Part shown: piece after piece, positions 1 through 12,539 of the stretch
Numbering within the stretch: position 1 is the first letter of the stretch
How the letters are laid out: each line of letters starts with the position of its first letter
Assembly: GCF_018350175.1 (NCBI RefSeq)
Contig: NC_058368.1
Coordinates: 228,782,001 to 228,846,000, forward strand
DNA length: 64,000 nucleotides
Reading direction: 5' to 3'
Origin: Felis catus
Taxonomy: Eukaryota
Notes under the pieces: model-generated
What the model saw: the letters and a program-made list of their open reading frames with translations, nothing else
The model's database searches: none
What the model was told of the DNA's origin: nothing
Translations under genes and position numbers: made by a program

Positions 1-107
1 AAAGATTTGACTAATAATACTTTAATCCTTTCATGTTATTATTCAAAAGATAACCACACATCATAATACTCAAAGTGACACATTATGTTGTGACTCACTT
101 TTCTGCT

Positions 108-570
108 TTTTTTACTGATGTAATTTATATAAAGTAAAATTCATCCTTTGTAATGAATATTTTTGTGATTTTTTTTAATGTATTAGTTATATAACCATGA
201 CCACAATCAAACTATAAAACAGTTCTGATAACCAAAGTTTCCATACCCTCTTATTTGTAAAATTCTCATTCCCTACTTCCTGGTAACTACTAATCTGTTT
301 TCTGTCCTGATAATTCTGTCTCTACAAGAATGATGAACAAATGGAAACACATGAGGTAGCATTTCAGATCTGTCCTTTTTCTATAAGCATAGTGCGTTTG
401 ATTTATCAGTAGCTCATTTCTTGTGATTTCTGAGTACTATTTCACTGTATGAATTACCACTTCATCAGTTTCCATGTTGAAGTCCCATTCGGGCTCTTTC
501 AAGTGTGTGCCAATTACAAATAAAGCCACTGTAAGCATTCTCATTTAGATTGCTTTGTGTAGACATAGAC
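108..570 (-). mobile_element. Old L1 (L1MB/L1ME-like) 3' end fragment
   Basis: Diverged match to the antisense L1 3'UTR pattern (accatgaccacaatcaa...ctggtaactactaatctgttttctgtc...aataaagccactgtaagcattc). Boundaries approximate. Confidence 0.7.
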
Positions 571-624
571 CGCCATTATATGTTTAAGGTTTTTTGATTT
601 TTTTCGGTATAATTTTTATTTTAA

Positions 625-808
625 ATCAGTTTTATTTAGATCAGTTTTAGACTAACAAAAAATTGCAAAGATAGTCGAGATACCTCAAACTCGTTTTCCC
701 TTTAAGATCTTACTTCAGAATGGCATGTTTGTTATAATTAATAAACCTATATTGACATCTTATTATTACCTAGGTTACCTAATATATTTAGATTTCTTAT
801 ATTTTTCA
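625..808 (-). mobile_element. L1MC3/L1MC4-like 3' terminal fragment
   Basis: ttttagactaacaaaaaattgcaaagatag...aataaacctatattgacatcttattatta resembles the L1MC 3' end in antisense. Similarity stops at the palindrome at 811. Confidence 0.65.
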
Positions 809-810
809 TG

Positions 811-884
811 GAAAGAAATTCCATGGTCGGTTAATATGAAGAGATTAAAACCTCTTCATATTAACCGACCATGGAATTTCTTTC
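811..884. repeat. Perfect inverted repeat: 33-bp arms with an 8-nt spacer
   Basis: 811-843 GAAAGAAATTCCATGGTCGGTTAATATGAAGAG is the exact reverse complement of 852-884. The spacer is ATTAAAAC. Confidence 0.98.
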
Positions 885-937
885 ATTTTCTGTTTTATTT
901 ATTGACACTATATCATTGTGAAATGAGCTAGATCATT

Positions 938-1130
938 GGATTCTTAGCTCTTGCAGGTGTTAGATACCCAAACTTGCATTAGTAACTTAATCTTTCTGAG
1001 ACTCAGCTTTTAATCTGCAAAATTTAGTTAATTTAGTTTTTAAAAATGCAAGTTGTCACTTTACTATGTAATAGTATTGAGGATTTAACAAAGAAAATGG
1101 TTGGGAAGATGCTGTATAAAATATGTAGCA
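938..1130 (+). mobile_element. MIR fragment
   Basis: MIR core-like agtaacttaatctttctgagactcagcttttaatctgcaaaat...gtattgaggattta. Confidence 0.6.
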
Positions 1131-3155
1131 CTGAAAAAAAAATATATGCTATGATAATTTTCACCAAAATGTTTTGAAACTCCAGACTGAAACATGGCAT
1201 TCACACAGAAACTGTAATGACTGCAGTCATATTTGATGGGTTAAAGTCCCTGTGAAATATGTCTGGGTTTATACATCTCTTCAAAGTTACTTTTCTAGCC
1301 GTGATGCTGATTTGATAGAGAAGTTAGATGCACCAGGTACTTGACATACACTTCAAGAATTAGTGGGGAAACGTGAGTTCACAAAGGATACTAGAAGCTG
1401 TAACCTAGAGGTAGGAGGGACCCCAAGAAAGTTTATTGTCACATAGGCTGGGAGATGGGAGTATCACTTGGAGGCAATCAACAGTGTTAAAGCAGAGAGA
1501 GAGAGAGAGAGAGATCACATGAGAAATATGGAAAGGGCACAGTGCTGCTAAGTTAGATCACTTCTTTTGAAGCTCCGGCTAGATATCCTACAGCAGTAAG
1601 GAGAGAGAGGAGTGAATGGAAAATGATAATGATAAACTGATGACTACATTTTTCAGTGTAGGCATGGGTACTCAGAAAATAGTACTCATTGCATATTTTA
1701 TTATTATTATTATTGTTATTGCTATGGTTATATTATTGAAATGCAACAACCACATTTTCTCAAGCCCTTTGATAAGTTCTTCCAATACTAACTCTTCTAG
1801 TAAAATGCTGCTCATTCTCCAAAAGCTGGGTATTATCAAACCAATGAAAATTGCCCAGGAAAATGGGACTATTCACCTGACAGGGCCAGAGTGTACAAGT
1901 TCAGACTGCCAGTGGTTCTTGCTGCCCACTTCTTGAAAACTCACTTGGCCTGAAACTTTTGGTTTCTTCAAAATGGATTTCCAGTATGCTGGCCAGTATT
2001 CTTCACAGTGCAAACAACACTGAAGAAGCAGTTGAACTTTTGACTCTTTCATGCTAAGCTGTTGCACTTATCCTTTAACAATTAGGAAATGCAGGATAAG
2101 CAGGATCTTATTTAGTCAAGGAATCCACAGTTGGAACTGGAAAGTCAAACGTGAAATTGCTGAAATGAGATGAATTTGCATGATCATAAAATGGGATACA
2201 TCTATTCGTAGCGTTCAAGGACAAGCCAGCACTTGCTATTCTCTGTCTAGGTATAGTTAGCGTATTTCTTGCCCTGTCTGTTTTGATGCACAATTTCTAT
2301 TATTTTTAGATGGACTCAAAGAAGATTATCTACTCTCAAAAAATGCTATTAAAATCCTGATATTGCATTCTAAGAATGAAAAAATTATATTGTTACCGAA
2401 GGCACCTGTTAGCTGGAAAATATGAGAAGACACAACAAAACCAAAACAGAAAGTCGAAGCAAATCCTCCAAAAGAAACGTTATCTCTGCCAATTTTCTTT
2501 TGCTTTATTGATATCAGTTTGAGAGTGTTTTAAGAACAGGATATGAGCAGATAAATAGTGACCGGTAGTTTGGTGTGACTATAATGAGGTCAGTACTAGG
2601 CGGACCCTGGGGAGAGAATCAAAGTTGTTTTGGCACACATTTCCCCTTTAAAGAGCCCTTGGGTTCATGCATAAGAAAATATTCTTTGAGAGTATCTGTA
2701 ACTGTCATCATCTTACACAACGAAGTCGAATTTAACAAAGATGATACTTCATGTGACATAGTGGGCCTACGTGTTGCTTTTCATATTTAAGGAATTGTTG
2801 GTTAGACAACAGAGAGTGAATCGAGGGCACTTGCTCACTTGTTTACTTTAAGCTTCTGTAATTTCTGCATATGCAGAGAGCCTTGTATATCATTTTTGAA
2901 TCTATAGTCAGAGGGATTGTTGTTTTTCCCAGTTTAAGATTAAGTCACAATAGCAAGAACATCAAACATTCACATAGTTTGCCTCATCTGAAGTTCTAAT
3001 ATTTTACTTTTTGTGGGATGATGCAAATCAGCATGCTTAGGGGGTGAGGTAGTGAAAGGGAAGTGGAGTAAGTTATCCAAAAGTCAAGAGAAACACTCCA
3101 AATTTTAACCCCAAAAACATTTCAATTTTTCTCCTAGAATAATTCTCTAAGTCTT

Positions 3156-3380
3156 TTTTTTAAGCTTTTTTTTTTTTTTTTGAGAGAGAGAGAGAGAGAC
3201 AGAGAGAGACAGAGAGAAAGTGCATGCACATGGGAGCAGGGGAGAGTCAGAGAGAGGGAGAGAGAGAATCCCAAGCAGCTTCTGAGCCAACACGGGGCTC
3301 GAACCCACGAACCTTGAGATCATGACCTGAGCCGAAATCAAGAGCTGGGAACATAACTGACTGAGCCACCTAGTCATCCC
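3156..3380 (-). mobile_element. CanSINE (SINEC)
   Basis: Poly-T, (GA)n and antisense tRNA-derived head. TSD tctctaa(g/a)tctt at 3144-3155 and 3384-3395. Confidence 0.95.
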
Positions 3381-6016
3381 AGGTCTCTAAATCTTCCTCA
3401 GTGATTTATTGTTCACAGGAGAGATTTGTAAGTTTCTGAAACTTGATAATTGTTTTCCGGAGATTTATCTAAGAGGTTAGGTTTGTTTCTAACATGTGAT
3501 TAAGTTTCCCTGATCACTGAATTTATCCAATAACTTTTGCTAGAAATAGAAATAGTTACTTGGCTTCTCTCAGAGGTCATTGCATTTTTTTCCAATCCTA
3601 AACTGTGATAGCCACAGACATATAGGATTGTTTTTCCTCCTCCGGTGATACAACATGCAGAATTGTCCCTTTCACTACCTCACCCGTAAAACAACAACGA
3701 AACAAAAACTGAACCAAAAATGGGCAAAAACATTGAATGGAAGAGAAAATTAACTGGTCCTTTTACAAAGGGAAGTCAGGTCCTCCAATCATACCAAACA
3801 ATTGGATTCACAAAGTAACATGGACTATGACTTTATAGACACTTTATCATGGGAAGTTTTGCCTGTCCTTCTTTCCCTACATTTTCTTTCCTAAACTTTG
3901 AAGATTTTACAATCTATTACCATGTTCCTTATCTTCTAAGAATGGGTATGGTTTCCTATAACTTATTTATAATTAGAAGTATTAATATTGACTATTAAGG
4001 TATCATCTCCTGTATTTACAGACATTAAACATTTAAGAATTTGAACACAAAATATGTAAGAAAGCAAAGTTTCTAGCAATAAATCCTGGTCAGGCTGTCA
4101 TGGAAATAGAAGCACCTTGGAAATCAGAGCATTCAGGAAGTAATCCATCTTTTAATTTTTTGATCTTCCTAGCCTGCTGACAATGCCTTAGAAGGAATCT
4201 GAGGCTTCCATTCTGCTATCTGCATTCTTTTAACTTATTCAGCCTCCAGGAAGGAAGAAAGGAGATTTTGCATTAATTACTCTACATTGTGATAGTCAAA
4301 ACAAATCTCAGCAGGGAAAGGAAGTATAATGTATAAATAGATTTGGTGAGGTGAGTGAGCACAGAGATGGCTTGTCCCTCTCTCTCTCTGACTTATAGGG
4401 TTCCAAATTTTATCACACCACTGTGAGATATTAGGAGAGATTTTTCCATGTAATATACGTAGGTTTATCATCATGATTATTAGAGTATGATTTTCATGAG
4501 GAAGCTTCAGTCAACAAGTGTTCTGATATTTATCAGTATGTGAAAATCCTGCCTCTAATTTTTAAACTGTAACATGGGCTAATGAGTGACTTACAAACAT
4601 TTTTAACATTTGTGGGAATTTGTGTTCTTGGTTTGTTTGATATTTGCGCTTAGAATCTCTACAGTATGTAGATTTACACAACTACTTTCAGTAGGTTAGC
4701 AAAACTACTTCTTTCTCTAATATAGTCACTTTTTCATGTGTTAACTCTTTGGGGGGTGTTTTAAAAGGGCCAGAGAGTGAGAATTCTGAAAAACAGGAAT
4801 TAAATATTAGAAGAGGATCACACCATTTTGACCCACATACAAAAAATTTGTCCCTCCTATGCATTGTCATATAGGAGGTGTTCCCGGTGATCTAAATGCA
4901 GATATAAATGAATGGATGGAAGGTGTTAACCATTTATTAATCTCCTTTACTTTAGGTGAGAATGTTATGTGGGCCATTGACATTGAAACCACAGCAAATA
5001 ACGCTTTTTTTTTTAAAGGCAGCTTTCCCACTGCCAACAATATAAAAAATACTTTTAGATGTCTTCCTGTGTCTTTAATTTTAACTTTAATTTTGACTCC
5101 AGGCCTATGGAAATGTAACTAAAATGTCAGCCAAAATTTGTATATTTCTGTTTTTTTTCAACTGTCTTCTACACCTGTGACCAGACTGCCATGCTTGTCA
5201 GAAACAATAAAAGGAAACTCTCCTAACCACTGGGAACAGATCTGCCCACAGGACCACAGGGAACCCTGCTCAGCCAGCAAGGGCTCTTTTAAAATCTGTT
5301 TGGCACTACAAGCTTTATGCAGGAGGTTCTCTTGAAGGTTGTGCTTATATCATTTATTTTCAAACAAATTTCTTCTGTTGAATTATGAAATCGCAGTGCA
5401 ATATTTCCAATTCAAAATTTTCCATCAAAGTTAGAGAAGCTATGAATTTGCAATCACAAGCTCCAAGCATTAAGAGAGAGAGGCTGTGATCTCAGCTCTA
5501 CCTTCATTCTCTCCCAGAAATGAATGTTTCCCCTTATCCTAAAAAATGAAGAGACGTTCATTGAAGACAAAAAAGTGAAGGTCCTATCTCTTTTTGGCAG
5601 GAGGTTTGATCCTGACACAAATATCAGTCCAGATTAAAATGAATTCAATTTTTTTTTTTTTTTTTGTGAGTGTGCATCCCAAATATCAATTGAAATTCAA
5701 ATGCTATTCACTCTAGGTAGAATTTAAATATGTTCAATTGACATGATTGATTAATGTTAGCATTTGAATAGAAAGTAGAGAAACAGCAAAATTGGTCAAT
5801 TGTTTTCCCTGATAAAGGTGGGGAGATGTTGGAAGACCCAGGAAGGATACTGGCAAATTACTTTCACAATTATCATTTCATGTAATTTGGCTGCAAAGAA
5901 GAGGGAGATAAATTCAAATCTGAATGTTCTCGATATGTCTTTTCGTTTTTATTCTAAATATTTACACATTTGGATTTTACATATTTTTGCATTCCTAAGA
6001 AAGAAAAAAGAAAGAT

Positions 6017-6110
6017 AGAGAGGGGGAGGGAGGGAGGGAGGGAGGGAGGGAGGAAGGAAGGAAGGAAGGAAGGAAGGAAGGAAGGAAGGAAGGAAAGAAG
6101 GAAGGGGGAG
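6017..6110. repeat. (GGGA)n-(GGAA)n polypurine microsatellite
   Basis: Directly visible. Confidence 0.95.
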
Positions 6111-7239
6111 AGAAAAAGAATAGAAAGCTAAAAGGAAACTTGTTTTGTGTTTTATTTTAATGTACATCCTTCTGGGTATTGAACCAAAGAGAATTTTGTA
6201 TATGCAGGATGATTTTATAAATTAATTTCGTACTCACATATCTCTTGGCAATTTAATATATATTAATAAGATCTCTTCATTGTTACTTGTAAATGTATAA
6301 ATTTATCTTAAACATGTAACAGAATGTCTCATGTTGTTCTGTGTTCTTTAAATCTCAGTGTTAAGATAGAGGGAAAAAGCTACATTATTTGGAAAAATAA
6401 ACAAAATATGGTCCTATTAAGAATGCAGAATTAATCATAGAAATTTCTAAGTTATTATTTCTATAGTCTTATTCACTTATATCCTTTCAGGTTTATTAAC
6501 AAATGACAGTCAAATGCTTTACAAATGCTAACAGATGGGTTGAAAACAGTATTTGATTGTATGTCTTTATGTATGTTAGTAAGTTTTTAGAGTTGAAATA
6601 AAACTTTACGGCATATGACTTTGCTTACTTAGATTCTATGCATTGGATTTGTGGGAAAAAAAACCAATATGCTAAGGAAGCTAATAAATTAAGTAAGCTT
6701 TTCAGGTGCAAGTTACTTGTAAAATAGATTTTAAAATAAAGTTAAATTTATTAAATTAAACATAAGTCTATAAGACTGCTATCTTTTAAAATACACGTAC
6801 AGTAAAATGCAGTAAAGCCAATAGTACATGCAAGCCAAATATTCTATCTTAAGTTAAATCATTTTCACTTATAAATAGAATGTAAGAACAAGGCCCTTTC
6901 TTTTAATGTGAGTCTATTTGAGTCTGATTACGAAAGTCTTATTTTTCATGCAACTTGCACAAATAGTTATAATGCATCCATTTAGGATTATGTGCTTTTT
7001 AAAAAAGGCTTAATGAAAAGTTAAAATCATTCACAATCCGTTTAAATCTGTTTAGTGCCCTTTGCTTATTTTTATTTACTTGTTTTACATAAATCTTACT
7101 GACACTTAATTGGATATTATACTTTTTTCATCAAGTAGCCTTCAGCAAGTTATTCCAACATGGTCATGTTTGCTAGCTATATTTCAATTTTTTCACTCTT
7201 CTTGAATATGTTTCTTAAAATTTGATCAAACTACACAAT

Positions 7240-7980
7240 TGATGAAGGAGCTTGGGGTAAGCTGAGGGCAAAATACAGGCTGACACACACACACACACCC
7301 AACACACACACCCAGGTGGAATTTGTGTGGTATTCCTTGGACACTCCTGGCTACCCAACAACAAAGGAAAGGGGTTTAGGTGCTTGCCATGGTAATGTGG
7401 GAAACTAAGGCAAATGAAAAATTAAATTCCCTTACTACCTATAACCTATAGCCCATTGACAGGTCCTTGAGACCAGAAGAGTGACCTCCCACTAGAAGCT
7501 CAGCTGCCTCAAGGATGACACTTTGCTGGGGACAAAAGAGAACCTTAGCTTAACATTATCCCAAACTCAAGGATCCTGTAAGTCAACTTCCTTTATCTCA
7601 ACTGCCCCAAGATATATGCTGGCAATCATCCTCCAAGCTTAGCCACTCCCCCCCCCCCGAACCCCCCACCGACATATATCTGAAGGGTCTCCTGACTGGG
7701 GTTTTATTAAACGGTAGTTAAGTGGTGTTTCCCTAATAACAGCTAGCCCCTCAAGGTCCTGGAAACCTTGCTTCCAAAATACCTTAGAGACTTACCCCCT
7801 GAACCCCTCCCAACCTAAGGCTATATTATGAGTTATCTGTCACAACTCCAGTGCAGCTCTTCCTGCCCATAGGTCTTATCCCCATGCTTTAATAAGATCA
7901 CCCTTTTGCACCAAAGACATCTTCAAGAATTCTTTCTTGGCACTGGCCCTGGACCAACCCACCATCACCCCAAAACATCA
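7240..7980 (+). mobile_element. Solo LTR, ERV1-type carnivore family, about 741 bp
   Basis: Begins TGATG and ends CATCA (terminal inverted repeat). GC-richer than the flanks, with a TATA-like ctatattat near 7821 and AATAAG at 7891 where a poly(A) signal is expected. No clean TSD (caat vs ttac). Confidence 0.8.
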
Positions 7981-9722
7981 TTACAATGACACTAGAAGGA
8001 ACATTTAATGCTCACCAAATATCCATGTATCCCCCCGCACAGCACAACCTATCCTACAGTCTGTTTGGTACAATGTGATAGACTAGCTTTGGATTATGTG
8101 TTGTGGGAGACTGTGTGTAAACTCCTGCATGAAGCCTGGAAGGTCTGTTTGTTCTCCTTGTTCTCTTTCCACGCACCAGGAAATCACACACAGACATGGA
8201 AAAGAAAACACAAATGACAGGATGTCTTGTGGTATCTTGATGAAATCAGTCCAGGTGTTTGATAAAGGATAGCTACCTGTCATGCAACATACAGCAGACT
8301 TTCCATAAGTAAGCTTTTGGGGAAAGCCATGAGACTTTGGGGTTGTTTCCACAACCTTCCCCAGGTTACCCTGACTGATATCAATGGATTAAGACCTAAT
8401 GCAGTTGACTCTTGGAAACTGTAATAAGTCACCAGGTGGGAATAGTTGTACATTGTTGTACTTCAGAGTAGCACATTAACAGAAAGTTCTTAGCCTGCCC
8501 TGGACATTAGTCAGCATGTTTTGTGGAAAGGAATAAACTACATGGATTAAAAAAGTTCTATTGTATGCCTGAGTATATATGTCACTAACTTAAATGCTTT
8601 CCCAAGCATTGTACATTTATAAGATTTAATCTTTTGAATACAGAATATTTTACACAGATTCAATTGAGCTTCCTAGGATAAACCCCCCATATATTTTGCA
8701 AATGAAGTTGCCTTATTCATTTCATATAATATATTTTTAAATTATGGTTTTCCACATGTTGAGAAAAAAATAATAATATTAAGCAGCAAGAGGTGAAAGG
8801 AAGGATTCTACATTTTAAAATCCAACTCTGCTGTGTGAGGTTTTGATAATTTGGAAAGCCCTAATGGTTTTTCTATATCCCCTACAGCAATGAATTAAGT
8901 ACTAAGAATGAATAAAGGCAACAATAACACAATTTAATAAAGTACATTAATTAACATATGTTGAATGTTAACTAATCTCCTATTCTGGCAGCAAGTTTTA
9001 CCAGCCAGAGGGCAGTACAATATAAAGTGAGTACATCCTACCCTCCTCCTAAGAGAAATTGGAGAAGACTGACAGTGACTCACAGGCCATGTTAACACAT
9101 TCATTTCTAAATTGAAATTATTCAAGCAGAGTAAGCTTTCATTTATTTATTTTAGGGGTGTTTCTCACCTAAATAAAATATAACGTGTGATCTGTAAGAG
9201 CAGAATTATAACTGCGATATATCAACAATCTCTGCAGAGTTCTACTTTATTAATGTGATTTGTAATTCCATACAACTTAGCTCATGATATTCAGGCACCA
9301 TAGTATAATATCTGCTGATTAATATTTGCTCTGGAAATGGTAATGTGCTAATACGACTTGGGTAAGGAATGAGCATTGCTGATTGACTGCACAAGGGGAG
9401 TAAATAACAATTCTACCCAGTAACTCATCAAAATGACAGGTGAGATTTTGCTAGTGAAAATTAATCACCATTGAATGAGAAAGCATTTTCAAAGTTCTAA
9501 AGACAAAGATGTTAAAATTATGAGATTTCTCTATTCTTTCAAATTTTATTATCCTTGAGAAATTTTTGCCCTCTGTTTTGTATTTGTTCCTCTTGTGTTC
9601 TCATATTATCATGTATTACACAGTACTCAGCAAGCAGTGTAAATAACTAATTGATTAATGTAAATACACGGGTTATGGATTATTTTCTATTTTCAAGGAA
9701 CTGCATTAAAAGTGGTAAAAGA

Positions 9723-9900
9723 GGGTGTTCCTGGGTGGCTCAGTTGGTTAAGCGTCCAACTTCTGCTCAGGTCATGATCTCATCATGTGTTTGAGCCCTG
9801 CGCCAGGCCCTGTGCTGACAGTGCGAGCTTGGAGCCTGGTTCAGATTCTGTCTCCCTCTCTCTCTGCCCTTCCTTCACGCGTGTGAGCACGTGCACGCGT

Positions 9901-9939
<39 letters not shown>

Positions 9940-9960
9940 ACTAAACATAAAAAAAAAAAC
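9723..9960 (+). mobile_element. CanSINE
   Basis: Head ctgggtggctcagttggttaagc, (CT)n and A tail. TSD tggtaaaaga at 9713-9722 and 9962-9971. Confidence 0.95.
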
Positions 9961-12539
9961 ATGGTAAAAGAATAATAAATTTGGTATTATCTCCAGATGT
10001 CCCATAATATAGTCAGAGGTGGTTTTATAAATATATAATTTTGACATACCTAAATGCTTGCTAAGTGCATGTTTGGTATGTGCAGATATTACTACAGCTG
10101 TGAAGACGAAAAAAGTTTGAAGTTAATAATTATGATCAAACATACCAGAAAAGATTAAGCAATGTTGGTACAATTCTAGTTGCTGAATAGTGAAAAACAC
10201 CTATATCTTTTGCTCTCCTAAAATATGTTTTGGCATCAAAATCTATTGTTCTCATGGTTATTGCAGTAATTCTCTATTTAGGAGATGAAGATGATAGCTC
10301 ATTTCTTCACTAAGTTTTTCTATGATAGCTAAACTTAGGCCCCCATGACAGATGACCCTATGAACTCTATATTCTTCTACGGGAGTAATTATCACAGTAA
10401 TTTCACTTTTATTACAAGTATTTATCTAATATCTCTTTAAACTCTATGACCTAACTTAAGCTTTATGATGAAGAGTATTCATCTTATTGATTCTTCTGGA
10501 TTTCATATGAAATCAACGATTCTGATTGATCTTCTTATGTCCTTTTATGAGCCATGTTAGTTTCGTGTTTCTAAGTGTTAGGCTAGGTCTGGTCTTATTT
10601 GCAATGTGAGTTTTTATATACAGATATGTCTGATTCTATAGCTAAAGATCGTTTTCTTAACAACAGGTGTTCATAAAAATCTTTGGAGACTGGGAAAATA
10701 AAGACCCAGAACACTGAATGTGAAAGACAATTTAATATTATTCATGCAATAGATAGAGAACTCAACAACAGGGTAGGTGTATAATACGTATGTATGGATT
10801 GCAGGACACATGAAAGAATAAAAGAAATCATATCCAAGCAAAGATCCAGGAATTTACTTTTTCTTCCAAAGTCCTGCTACAACTTGGGATCTCCATTTAA
10901 TACTACTCTGAAGGTTCTCCTGTGTCTGTGGAAAGGAAGTGGATTCTATTACTATGAGAATTTTCAGCATGGATTGTTGCATACAATGCTTCTTGCTCAA
11001 CACACACCAAGTTTTTGCTCATTTCAGTTCTTCAATTAAACATTAAACATTTTGCTCATTTCATTTCTTCAGTTTGTATTTGTTTTTTGTAAGTTTAAAA
11101 TTAACTTCCTGAATACATATGTAATTTTAATTCTTTACTACAGTTTGTATGATTTAAAGCAATTTCTAGATGAAAACCCTAAGGCAACTACAAGTATTCT
11201 GAAAAGTACAGTTCAAAACAGCTTCTCCTTCGTATCTTATTCATCAGATTACTGATTCTGAGACACTAACTTCCTATGTAGACGACCAATGTGTGGTTGT
11301 GTCCACACATATTATTAAAAGATATCAATAATATATTTTAGTTCTTGCTTCTATTCTCCTCCATTGCAGGTTATATGTCATTTTAAAAGTAAAGCTTTAC
11401 TTCTAAGACATGCATAAATAAAAAGATATTAATTTTGTGCAGCTATGTGACAACTGAGAATTAATTGTTTGGATTGAGATCCTAGGCATGCTATGTTTGT
11501 CTAACCTGTTACAGGACTCTAATCTCTTCAAGTCTAGAAACTACTAAAGTATACTTTGACTAGAGGGGCTTGGATGGAGACCATGACTGTTGATTTGGAT
11601 CAAATTAAGGAGATTGTGCAGATATCAACTGTACTGAAAATTGACAGAAACATGCATTAACAGCGTTGTAGTCAAATTGTACTTAGGAAGATATAAGGTT
11701 GCTCTCTGGCAGTAGGTTGGACATGGTGAGGGTTGTTGGGCTTTGAGCTGAACACAGTCGTAACAGCATCTGAAATTCTAATAACGGTGTCCCTGAGAAA
11801 GGACCCAATGGAATAACTTGGATAATATGGCAAGTCTGTTTCATTACATCAAAGGCAGGAAAAGCATATTAGTTTTATTCTAAAATTCTACATGGGGACA
11901 GTCACATGATCTCCTGTTTAGAGTTAGCTTAGTTCCTAAAATCACTTGAAGCAGTTTACACAGTTCTATATTCTACAGGTGGAACAAATAAATGCTTGAG
12001 AAAATTAAAACAAATGGGAAATAAACATAGGAACTATTGGTCAAGCCTGGGATAAGATTGACTTGGGGAAAAGCTTATTGCTTAAGTTTTTCCTTATTTC
12101 TTAGACGTTGGCCACAATTTAGCAATAAAGATATCTAGGATCAAAAAAAAAAAAAAAGTAAAGCCTATGGTATTTAGATGGAATGTAAACTGTTAGTTCT
12201 GACACAGGAGTTTTATTTTTCTTATGGATACTACTCAGTGAGAAGCATGCACTATGGGTTGTTGGAAAGATGTTTAAGTCATGTATAAGTAATGACTGTA
12301 AATATTGAACTACATTTCCTTGTGGTCATTTCTTAGGTTTTATACCTGTGTTGAGGTAGTATAATAACAAAATGCAATTCAATAAAAGCAATTCTTTAAA
12401 GGGCCTAAATACCAAAATCAAAATATGATATGGCATGAAATAAGATGAAAAAATCTATTATGTGGAAAAATAGTGTATTTTGCTTGCTTTTAGTCATATG
12501 TGGCAATGGATTTCAGACTAAGTATCAAATGGAAGACTG

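Noticed and set aside
811..884. Hairpin as MADE1, a CRISPR repeat or a rho-independent terminator
   Set aside because: The sequence differs from the MADE1 TIRs, it is a single unit rather than an array, and the context is mammalian.
1873..2067. Minus-strand ORF with a CAA|GTGAGT donor near 1945
   Set aside because: No convincing acceptor and an unrecognised peptide.
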